Source of the DNA: an uncultured Alphaproteobacteria bacterium
GTDB lineage: Bacteria; Pseudomonadota; Alphaproteobacteria; Rhizobiales; Aestuariivirgaceae
Length of the DNA stretch: 64,000 nt
Assembly (NCBI GenBank): GCA_963831645.1
Contig: CAWHQZ010000028.1
Coordinates: forward strand, 627,035 to 691,034
Reading direction: 5' to 3'
In this document: one piece after another, positions 32,545 to 41,568 of the stretch
Layout of the letters: every line of letters begins with the position of its first letter
How positions within the stretch are numbered: position 1 is the first letter of the stretch
Translations under genes and position numbers: made by a program
Notes under the pieces: generated by a model
Seen by the model: only the letters and a program-made list of their open reading frames with translations
Database searches by the model: none
Told to the model about the DNA's origin: nothing

Positions 32545-33675
32545 ATGAAAGCTCCAAAGCAGCCATCTGTAGGTGGGACTGCGCAGGCCCAGGGTGCAGC
32601 CAACCGGGACGCCGCTATTTCGCAGCAGCTTCTGAACATGACCAACCAAGTGACGCCGTACGGCGACCTGACCTATGCACAGTCGGGAACTGGAACACAA
32701 CGGATGGAAGTCCTCGACAGCCAGGGTCGTCCCACCGGCAAATTCCAGACGATCAAGACGCCGACATTTACTGCAACCACGACGCTGAGCCCAGCACAAC
32801 AGGCCCTCCTTGATCAGGAACAGCAGTTCGACAAGCGCTTCAACGAGATCGCGCTCGATCAGACCGGCCGCATTGGCTCGCATCTTGCGCAGCCTTTCAC
32901 GCTCGACAATAACGCTATCGAGGGTCGCATCGGGGAATTGGCACGGGCACGCCTCGATCCGCTGTGGGAACAGCGCGAAGGCCAGTTCGAGCAAAAGATG
33001 GCGAACCAGGGCATATCGCCTGGCTCCCAGGCCTACATGGACGCCCGTCGGTCTTTCGATGTCGGCAGGAACAATTCCTATAACTCGCTGCTGCGCGATG
33101 CCCGCGGCCAGGCGATGAGCGAACTGCTCACAGCGCGCAACCAGCCCATAAATGAGATCACTGCGCTCATGGGCGGTGCGCAGGTGCAGCGGCCCCAGTT
33201 CGCAAGCACTCCGCAAACGGGAGTGGCCGGAGTCGACGTCGCGGGCCTGACTGGGAACAACTTTGCCAACCGCGCAGCAAGCCATCGGGCGATGCTTGGT
33301 GGTCTTTCGGAACTGGGCGCGGCTGCGCTGGGCGGCTGGGCGCTGTCCGACCGCCGCGTGAAGAAAGATGTCAAGAACATAGGCCGCCTTAATGACGGAA
33401 CGGGGCTCTACTCCTTTCGCTACCGTGACGGCGCGGGCGACGGGAGCACCAAGGTCGGCGTCATGGCCCAGGAAATCGAGGATAGGCATCCCTACGCGGT
33501 GGCCAAAACCAATCGAGGTATCAAGGCCGTGAACTATTCGGCGCTTGCCGAAGCGTTGCGGAAAGGCTCATCGCAGATAGAGCAACCCCGGCACTGGACC
33601 CAAGCTGCGGCGCGTCTTGCGCAAGCGCTCGTCACTGGCCTTCAGCGAAGCAAACAGTCTGCCTACGGATTATAG
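32545..33675 (+). CDS. tail-fiber-type protein with C-terminal S74 intramolecular-chaperone (autoproteolytic) domain
   Basis: C-terminus SDRRVKKDVKNIGRLNDGTGLYSFRYRDGAGDGSTKVGVMAQEIEDRHPYAV...GIKAVNYSAL matches the peptidase S74 chaperone domain. Confidence 0.65.
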   Translation: MKAPKQPSVGGTAQAQGAANRDAAISQQLLNMTNQVTPYGDLTYAQSGTGTQRMEVLDSQGRPTGKFQTIKTPTFTATTTLSPAQQALLDQEQQFDKRFNEIALDQTGRIGSHLAQPFTLDNNAIEGRIGELARARLDPLWEQREGQFEQKMANQGISPGSQAYMDARRSFDVGRNNSYNSLLRDARGQAMSELLTARNQPINEITALMGGAQVQRPQFASTPQTGVAGVDVAGLTGNNFANRAASHRAMLGGLSELGAAALGGWALSDRRVKKDVKNIGRLNDGTGLYSFRYRDGAGDGSTKVGVMAQEIEDRHPYAVAKTNRGIKAVNYSALAEALRKGSSQIEQPRHWTQAAARLAQALVTGLQRSKQSAYGL

Positions 33676-33721
33676 CTCGACAGTTATATGAGAACGGTTT
33701 TTCCTTAAGGAGATTCTGCGT

Positions 33722-35062
33722 ATGCCCCGCAACGGATCCGGTGTCTATTCGCTGGTGACCACGCCTTTTGCCACCGCCGGCGCGATAGCCGTTGCCTCGA
33801 CGGTCAACGCGAACATCAATGATATCGGTGCCGAAATCACCGGCTCCCTGCCGCGCAACGGTTCGGCGGCCATGACTGCAGCACTGGCCATGGGCTCGAA
33901 CAAGATCACGGGGTTGGCCTCCGGGACGGCGGCGACCGACGCGCCGACGCTTGCACAGGCGCAAAGCTCCATCGTATCGCAGGCCGCCGCCGTCGGCGGC
34001 ACCGTCGATGCCATCACGCTGACGTTTTCGCCGGTCTACACGGCCTACACGTCGGGAATGCGCATCCGGTGGGTATCCGGCGGCGCCAACACAGTCACCA
34101 ACCCTACCGTCAATGTTGACAGCCTGGGAAGCAAGACGGTCAAAAAAGGGGCCGGTTCTGCCCTGGTGGCGGGCGACACAGGAGCATCCGGATACATCTG
34201 CGTGGCGGTGTATAACGGCACAGACTTCGTTCTGCTCAATCCTGCGGTAGTAACGGTATCCGGCATCGCGGTTTCGGCGACAACGCTGGCCGCGTCCGAA
34301 ACCTTGGCACTAACAGGCGACATCACGCCCTCGCAGATTACCGCCGACCAGGACAACTATGCGCCCGCAGGCCACGCGACTGCGGCGGTGCTGAGGCTCA
34401 GCACGGACGCGCTGAGGTATCTAACCGGATTGCAGGGGGGATCGGACGGCCGCGTGGTGGCGATCCACAATGTTGGATCACAGGTGCTCGGTCTCAAACA
34501 CGATACGACCTCCACAGCCGCGAACAGGTTCTATACCCCCGGCGGAATCGACATGTTCTTGGCCGCCAACGCTTCCTGTCTACTGCAGTACGACGCCACT
34601 GCTTCACGGTGGCTCGTGGCAGCCCAGTCTATCGGCTATGCAAATCAGACCGTCATGGAGGCGGCGTCGGCGACGGCGTCCTATGTGAACCCGGCGAACC
34701 AGCACCACCACCCTGGGCACCCGAAGTGCTGGGCCATGGTTACTGTTTCCGGTGGCACTCCGACGCTCCAGACGAGCTACAACATCACCAGCATCACCGA
34801 TACGGCGACCGGTCGTCTCACCGTGACGATTGCGACGGATTTTTCGACTGCAAACTGGGCCTGTCTGGTTACCGTTGAACGGACCTCAACGACCATATCG
34901 TCAACCGAGATGCGTCGAGCGGCGATACGAAGCTCCACATTGGCGGTGGGCTCTGTACAGCTCGAATGCGCGGATGAAGCGACTGACTCGGCTGGCGGCG
35001 GCAATAATCCGGCACTGTCAGACCCGGCTTCGTGGCACATGGTCGGCTTCGGAGATCAGTGA
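33722..35062 (+). CDS. phage tail fiber protein
   Basis: 446 aa. N-terminus MPRNGSGVYSLVTTPFATAGAIAVASTVNANINDIGAEITGSL is a tail-fiber N-terminal motif; Gly/Thr/Ala-rich beta-rich body. Confidence 0.6.
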   Translation: MPRNGSGVYSLVTTPFATAGAIAVASTVNANINDIGAEITGSLPRNGSAAMTAALAMGSNKITGLASGTAATDAPTLAQAQSSIVSQAAAVGGTVDAITLTFSPVYTAYTSGMRIRWVSGGANTVTNPTVNVDSLGSKTVKKGAGSALVAGDTGASGYICVAVYNGTDFVLLNPAVVTVSGIAVSATTLAASETLALTGDITPSQITADQDNYAPAGHATAAVLRLSTDALRYLTGLQGGSDGRVVAIHNVGSQVLGLKHDTTSTAANRFYTPGGIDMFLAANASCLLQYDATASRWLVAAQSIGYANQTVMEAASATASYVNPANQHHHPGHPKCWAMVTVSGGTPTLQTSYNITSITDTATGRLTVTIATDFSTANWACLVTVERTSTTISSTEMRRAAIRSSTLAVGSVQLECADEATDSAGGGNNPALSDPASWHMVGFGDQ

Positions 35063-35511
35063 TGAAATACTACGCGCTTTCCCGCCACGACGGCGGCGTC
35101 GAGATTATGCAGGTTACGGAGGGCGATGCCGCCACCTCGATCGCCAGGTGGCCGGCGGAGCGCCAGGCGGAGATCGCGCGAATCCGAAATCTCACCGATG
35201 CCGAGTTTGCAGCCATCGGCAGCATGGACCGCGCCTTCCGCGACGCGTGGCGCGATGCCGGCGGTGTCATCGACCATGACATGGACAAGGCGCGGCTAAT
35301 CCACATGTCCCGCATACGGAAAGCCCGCGACAGCAGACTTGCAGCACTTGACACGGCATGGATGCGAGCGACGGGGCAAGGGCAGGCCGCGGAAAGCCGC
35401 CGCGATAGAAGCCGAAAGGCAGAAGCTGCAGACACCTTCCGCACACGCTCGACCTCAACGCCGCCGCCACACCGGATCAGCTCAAAGCCTTGTGGCCTGA
35501 CGAACTGAAAT
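35062..35511 (+). CDS. phage-associated hypothetical protein; frame breaks near the 3' end
   Basis: MKYYALSRHDGGVEIMQVTEGDA.... A plausible C-terminus ...LDLNAAATPDQLKALWPDELK is in another frame. Start overlaps the tail-fiber stop (TGATG). Confidence 0.4.
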
Positions 35512-35647
35512 AACCGAGTGAGCCTGCATCGAGGGCGTGCTGGCGCTCGACTTTCTCGATAATGTCACACCCATGCTGGAAGGATATCTCCGACATGATG
35601 ACCGTACGTAAGCTTCGAGGCTTTTCCCCGCGCCTGCGCACTGTGGC

Positions 35648-38059
35648 GTGATTCTCGCGCGCTCCGGTAAGGCCCTTTTCGCCGTCGTGCTGCTGGTGCT
35701 TCTCGCGGCCTGCAGCTCACCGGAACAGCGCGCCCAGTCGCACTACGAGCGCGGCCTCGAGCTTCTCGAGGAGAAGAACCTCGCCAAGGCCGAGATCGAG
35801 TTCAAGAACGCCGTGCAGCTCAACAACAACCTCGCCGGCGCCTGGTTCGGCCTCGCCGAAATCGCCGAGCAGCGCCAGGACTTCCCGGCCTTCGCTGCGC
35901 TGCTGCAGAAGGTCGTCGAGCTCGACGCCAAACATGCCGACGCCCGCCTGCGCCTGGCGCGCCTCTCTCTGCTGCGCGGCGAGTTCGACAAGGCGCTGCA
36001 GCTCGTCAACGCCGCCGACGCGTTGCGGCCGGGCGACGGCGACATCCTGACCACCCGGGCGGCGACCTTGCTCAAGCTCGGTGACCGGCAGGGCGCCTTG
36101 GCCGACGCCGAGCGGGCGCTCGGCCTCGATGCCGCCGATGCCGAGGCCCTGGCGTGATCGCGGCCGATAAGTCTCGGCAGCGGCGACACCAGGGGCGCGC
36201 TCGAAGCCCTCGACCTCGGGCTCGCCAAGGACCCGTTCGACCTCGGGCTGCTGCTGTTCAAGATGAAGATCTTCGAGCAGCAGCAAAACCAAGCGGGCGT
36301 CGAAGGGATCATGCGCACCATCGTTACGGCGCATCCGAAGGAGAAGGGCTTCCGCCGGGCGCTCGCCTCCTACTACGTCCGCACCGGCCGCAAGGACGAG
36401 GCCGAACGGGAGATGCGGGCGCTGGCCGACGCATCGCCCGACGACGCAAATGCCGGGCTTGAACTCGCCGAGTTCCTGCGCGCCATCAAGGGCACGGACG
36501 CGGCCCGCCAGGAACTGGTCCGCCGGATGGAGAGTGGCGGCGAACTGCGCCGGCCGTTATCGTCTGGCACTCGCCCGCCTCGAATTCGCCGACGGCAAGT
36601 TCGATGCGGCGACAGAAATTCTGGACGGCATCATCGGCAAGGGCGAGCCGGCCGGAGACGTCAGGGATGCCAAGCTGCTCAAAGCGCAGATGCTGCTCCA
36701 GCGCAAGGACGCCGCGGGCGCCAGCCGGCTCGTAAGCGAGGTGCTGGCGGACGATGCCAAGAACATCGAGGCGCTCCATCTGCGCGCCGCCATGCGCATC
36801 GAGGAAGGCAAGCTCGACGAGGCGATCGCCGACGCGCGCCAGGTGCTCAACGAGAAACCCGATGCGGTCGCAACGCTCGAGCTGCTGGCGCTGGCGCTGG
36901 AGCGCAGCGGCTCCATCGAGCTCGCCGAGGAACGTCTTTCGGACGCGATGAAGGCCTCCAACATGCAGCCGGCGCTGGTGTTGAAGTATGCCGACTTCCT
37001 GCACCGCCGCGGCGCCTTCGACCGGGCCGACGATCTCCTGACGCGGGCCACGGCCCAGCGCCCCAACGAGACCAGCCTCCTGAGGGCGCTGGCGGCGGTG
37101 CGGCTCCGGCGACAGGACTGGGAAGGAGCGCAGGAGATCGCCGAGGCGCTGAAAAAGCTCGGCGACAAATCCGGCGTGGCCGACCAGATCCTCGGCTCCG
37201 CCCTCGCTGGGCAGAGCAAATTCGACGACAGCATCCGCAGGTTCGAGGCGGCCTACCAGGAGACCCCCGCTGCGGTCAGGCCGATGTATTCGCTGGTCAT
37301 GGCCTATCTGCGCGCCAAGAAGGTCGCGGAAGCCGAGGCGTTTCTCAATTCCGTGCTGAAGGCCAATCCCGCCAATGCCGAAGCGCTGGTGCTCCTGGGC
37401 ACCGTCCAGGCCTCGCGGAATGCCGCCGGATGAGGCCGTCGCGAGCTTTCAGAAGGCGATCGCCAGCCAGCCCAAGAACCCGAGCGGCTATCTGGCGCTG
37501 GCCCGGTTTCATCTGAGTCGAGCGCAACCTCGAGGCGGCCGAGAAGGAGCTTCGCGCCGGGCTTGCCCAGGTCCCGGGAAACTTCGGGATACGCCTGACG
37601 CTCGCCGGCATCCTCGAGCAGAAGAACGACATCGATGGGGCGATCGGCGAATACGAGGCGCTGCTCGAGGATTACCCCGACGCGCTGGTCGTCGTGAACA
37701 ACCTCGCCAGCCTGCTCTCCGATCATCGCGCCGACAAGGAAAGCCTGGAGCGCGCCCACCAGCTGGCGCTGCGGCTGAAGGACGGCCAGGCGCCGCATTT
37801 CCGGGACACGACGGGCTGGATCAGCTATCTCAGGGGCGACTACCGCCAGGCGCTGTCACAACTCGAGCAGGCGGTGGAGCAGCTGCCCTCGGTGGCGCTG
37901 GTGCGCTATCATCTGGGCCTGACCCACGCGGCGCTGGGGCAGAAGGCCGAGGCGCAGGAGCAGCTGCTGAAGGCGATCGAGCTCGCACCGGAAGGGGAGT
38001 TGCGCCGCAAGGCGCAGGAGGCGCTCGACAAGGCGAAGACAGCCGCGGCGCAGCCATAA
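35648..38059 (+). CDS. prsT: PEP-CTERM-system-type TPR-repeat lipoprotein (PrsT-like); at least four frame breaks
   Basis: GTG start and lipobox LLAACS. Successive TPR-rich ORFs in alternating frames (35648-36157, 36263-, 36450-37433, 37694-38059) assemble into one roughly 800-aa TPR protein. Confidence 0.6.
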
Positions 38060-38061
38060 CA

Positions 38062-38913
38062 TCAATCCTTGCGCACCAGGCGCGGCGACGGGTATTCGGT
38101 AGGGAAGAGCCCATGGCGGCGCTTGTCTTCGATCACCTTGTCGACGATCTGGGTGGTGATGGTCGTCGTCCGCTGCGAAAAGCCGTAGACCAGCGCGGTA
38201 TCGCACAGGATGTTGATGGTGCGCGGAATGCCGCGGCTCAATTGCGCGATCGCCTGGCAGGCGTTGGCGGAAAAGAGGGCCCGGCCGGCGCCGGCGACAC
38301 TGAGCCGGTGCTCGATATAGGCCTTGACTTCCTCTTCGGTGAGCGGCGGCAGATGGAAATCCGATGACACGCGCTGGGCGAACTGAAAGAGCTCGGGCCG
38401 CTTCAGGATGCCGCGCAGCTGCGGCTGTCCGACGAGGATGAGCTGCACGAGCTGGGCCTGGTCGGTGTTGATGTTCGACAGCATGCGCAGCTCCTCGAGC
38501 GCCTCCGGCGCCAGGTTCTGGGCTTCGTCGATGATCAGCACGGTGTGGCGGCCGGCGGCGAACTCGCCAATGAGAAACTCCTGCAGCTGGCGGTAGAGGC
38601 CGACATAGGAAGCGTTCTCGAAGGGCTGATTGAGAGCAAGCAGGATCCATTCCAGAAGCCGGCCGGCGCCCGGCATGACGTTGGTGACGAGGCCGACGGT
38701 GATGCGCCGGTCGAGGCCGCCGAGCAGCTGCCGCAGCAGGGTGGTCTTGCCCGAGCCGATCTCGCCGGTGACGACGGTGAAACCCGCCTGGTTCAGGATG
38801 CCGTACTCGAGCATGGCGTAGGCCATGTTGTGGGCCTCGCCCCAATAGATGAAGTAGGGATCGGGCAGGATCGAGAAGGGCTTTTCAGCGAGCCCGTAGA
38901 AGGCTTCGTACAT
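38062..38913 (-). CDS. AAA ATPase of the GspA/ExeA type, PEP-CTERM-locus subfamily (TIGR03015-like)
   Basis: Intact 283 aa with Walker A GEIGSGKTTLLRQL and Walker B VLIIDEAQNL. Convergent with prsT, 2 bp apart. Confidence 0.65.
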   Translation of the reverse strand: MYEAFYGLAEKPFSILPDPYFIYWGEAHNMAYAMLEYGILNQAGFTVVTGEIGSGKTTLLRQLLGGLDRRITVGLVTNVMPGAGRLLEWILLALNQPFENASYVGLYRQLQEFLIGEFAAGRHTVLIIDEAQNLAPEALEELRMLSNINTDQAQLVQLILVGQPQLRGILKRPELFQFAQRVSSDFHLPPLTEEEVKAYIEHRLSVAGAGRALFSANACQAIAQLSRGIPRTINILCDTALVYGFSQRTTTITTQIVDKVIEDKRRHGLFPTEYPSPRLVRKD

Positions 38914-39138
38914 GGGAGATCTGCTCGCTGACGGCGCTACTCCGCGTCCGCGTCATAGCCCGAACGCGCAAAATGCCCCGTGCTCGGGGGGAATGTGTGT
39001 AATCACTATTTCTAACCGAATAGCTCAGATAAGCAATCCGGCCAGGCCTCGGCCGCCGGCGCTGGACAAGGCAAATCTGCTTTCCTATAACGCGCGTCGC
39101 ATCGGCAAGGAGCGGCAACTCCCTCCGCCGCAATCGGC

Positions 39139-39214
<76 letters not shown>

Positions 39215-39267
39215 TCATTTCCACCCGCGTCCCGTCGGGCGAGAAGGCTGCGGAATTGACCCGCCTC

Positions 39268-39783
39268 TCATGCCCTTCGAGTCGCAATCGCTCGCGAAGC
39301 TGGGGGAGGACAGCACCTGGGCTCTCCAGCCCTCGACAAAGAGGAGCAGTTCAAGCATGGCTCAGGTCCTCCACTCCGCCGGCAACCTCCTGCGGATGGC
39401 CGAGAGCGCGTGGCCGAGGAAGCGACTCGACGTTCGGCACGGGCTGCTTGGTAGTGGCCATCTTTGCCAAGGATTTCGGCCATTCCCTTCAACGGAGTTG
39501 CGAAGTCCGGAACCGGTATCAGCGCCAGGAGCAGTCCCGCGATCCAGTAAATGTGGTTGTGCGTGAACAGCGAGAGGAGCCCCAAAACACCTACGATCTG
39601 CAATTGCACTTTGCTGGTCCCGTGCGCCATATGTTCGGGAAGGGCGTGAAGCCGGAAATACAGGATCCCCACCATGAGGATGGTATCGGCGAGGAAGACC
39701 ATCATGACGTTTAGCAGTACGTCGGTTTCTCCCGGAGCCGTTATGAAACCCGGCAAGTGATGCGTCGCTGCGCGGGATCGCAT
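39268..39783 (-). CDS. hypothetical small membrane protein (3 predicted TM helices); C-terminal region probably frame-shifted
   Basis: MMVFLADTILMVGILYFRL..LQIVGVLGLLSLF..YWIAGLLLALIPV hydrophobic segments. The low-complexity tail is unlikely to be native. Confidence 0.35.
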   Translation of the reverse strand: MRSRAATHHLPGFITAPGETDVLLNVMMVFLADTILMVGILYFRLHALPEHMAHGTSKVQLQIVGVLGLLSLFTHNHIYWIAGLLLALIPVPDFATPLKGMAEILGKDGHYQAARAERRVASSATRSRPSAGGCRRSGGPEPCLNCSSLSRAGEPRCCPPPASRAIATRRA

Positions 39784-39796
39784 GCTCGAGCCTCCC

Positions 39797-40161
39797 GACC
39801 GGAATTCTGGTATTCGCCCGGCGTGAAGGCCAATGTGATCTTATTCGACAAGAGAGAGGGCCGTGCCGAAGCCTGGACGGACAAGCTCTGGGTCTATGAT
39901 CTGCGCACTAACCAGCACTTTACGCTGAAGCAGAAGCCGATCAGGCGCGGCGATTTCGACGAGTTCATCGCCTGCTACAAGCCGGGCCGCACGCACGAAC
40001 GTGCCGAGACCTGGAGCGGGGCCAACCCCGAAGGCCGCTGGCGCTGCTTCGACTATGACGAGCTTCTTAAACGCGACAAGCTGAGCCTCGATCTGTTCTG
40101 GATCAAGGACAAGAGCCTGACCGATTACCGACGCCCTGCTCGAGAGAAAACTCGAGAATAA
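39797..40161 (+). pseudogene. hsdM: type I R-M methyltransferase (HsdM) 3' fragment, paralogous remnant
   Basis: ...RPEFWYSPGVKANVILFDKREG..LWVYDLRTNQHFTLKQKP..DFDEFIACYKPGRTHERAETW..NPEGRWRCFDYDELLKRDKLSLDLFWIKDKSLTD matches the HsdM C-terminal domain. No start codon or N-terminal part. Confidence 0.6.
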
Positions 40162-40163
40162 GA

Positions 40164-41300
40164 TTACGGTTGCGAAGGGCTCGCGAGCCGCGCGGCGATC
40201 TTGGTGAACTGTTCGAGCGCCGCCTCCAGATCATCGGCGATCTCGGCAGCGATGATTTCGGGTGCCGGCAGCAGCGTATGCACCCGGCATTTCTGCAAGA
40301 GGTTGCGCCGTACCTTCTCGCCGGCGCCGCCCTCGAACAGCACGTTGTCGGGCACCACCATCGCCGCGCGGCCGTCGATCTTCAACAGCGAGTAGATGTG
40401 CTGCACGAAATTGAGCTGCTTGTTGCTGGTCGAGGTCCAGAAGTCCTCGCGGACGACGATCTGGTCCTCCTTCTCGGTGTCGCCCTCCTCGTTGACGAAC
40501 AGGAGGCTTTGCTTCTTCCCGAACGGTGGATTGGTCAGCACCATCGAGTATTCGCGGCTCCAGGGCGCGGCGAGGCTGTCATGGCCGGTATGGATCACCA
40601 CCGCCGTTTCGCCGCCGATGCCGTGCAGATAGAGGTTCATCGCGCACATGCGGCCGACCTTGGGCGAAAGTTCCATGCCTTCGACCAGTCCTCGCGCAGC
40701 GCCCGCTTCTCGTCGGCGTCGAGGTCGCGCTCGTTGCGGTCGAGCACGTATTGATAGGCGTTGCAGAGGAAGCCGCCGGTGCCCGCCGCCGGATCGCAGA
40801 TCGTGTCCGCCGGCGTCGGCTGCATCACCTCGCACATCGCCTGGATCACCGGCGCGCGTGGTGAAATACTGGCCGGCGCCGCGCGAGGACTCCTGCGCCG
40901 AGCGCGACAGCAATTCCTCGTAGATCGTGCCCTTCACGTCCACCGGCAGCGACAGCCAGTCCACCTTGTCGAGCAGGTTGACGATCAACTGCTTGAGCAG
41001 CGCCGGGTTGTGGATTTCGCAGCGCGCGCCCTTGAAGATGACGCCGAGCATGCCGGGCTTGACGCCGAGCTTTTCGAGGCTCGCGCGGTACTGGTCCTCC
41101 AGCGCCGCGCCGTCGAGCGGCAGCAGCGCCTTCCAGCCGAGTTCCGGCGGCACGATCGGCGCGCGGTTGTAGGGCTCCTCGGTGAGCTGGTCCGCCATCT
41201 TGAGGAAGAGGAGCAGGGTGAGCTGCTCGACATATTCGAAGCAGGACAGGCCGGCGTCCTGCAACACGCCGGCATAGCTCCAGGCCCGCTTACGCGAACA
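40164..41300 (-). pseudogene. hsdM: type I R-M methyltransferase HsdM, disrupted: internal frame breaks and a roughly 115-aa deletion of the C-terminal domain
   Basis: N-terminal FLKM region, GAGQYFTxR motif (in ORF 40637-40849: DTICDPAAGTGGFL), NPPFG, and DNVLFEGGAGEKVRRNLLQKCRVHTLL. The sequence then jumps straight to the extreme C-terminus PAPEIIAAEIADDLEAALEQF. The RLPTGIFY...SLTD segment is missing, and no hsdS or hsdR is nearby. Confidence 0.6.
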
Positions 41301-41568
41301 CGTGCAGGAACGTGCCGGCGATTGCGGTGACCGACCAGGAGAATTATCAAATCAAATCAGAGGCTTCGATGCTTGAGTACCCAATCGGTTGACTGCGAGA
41401 CACGCCATGCCTCCCGAATGGTGCATCGACGCACCGGTTGAGCCGGCAATCTGCACGATGCCGCACAACGGCTCGAGGGACAGCTCGGCAACTGTTCTCT
41501 ACAAGCCGAATTCACATTTAAAGGACTTCTTGGGCCCGCGGCAAAACAAATGAAAGGGAGATCATCCG

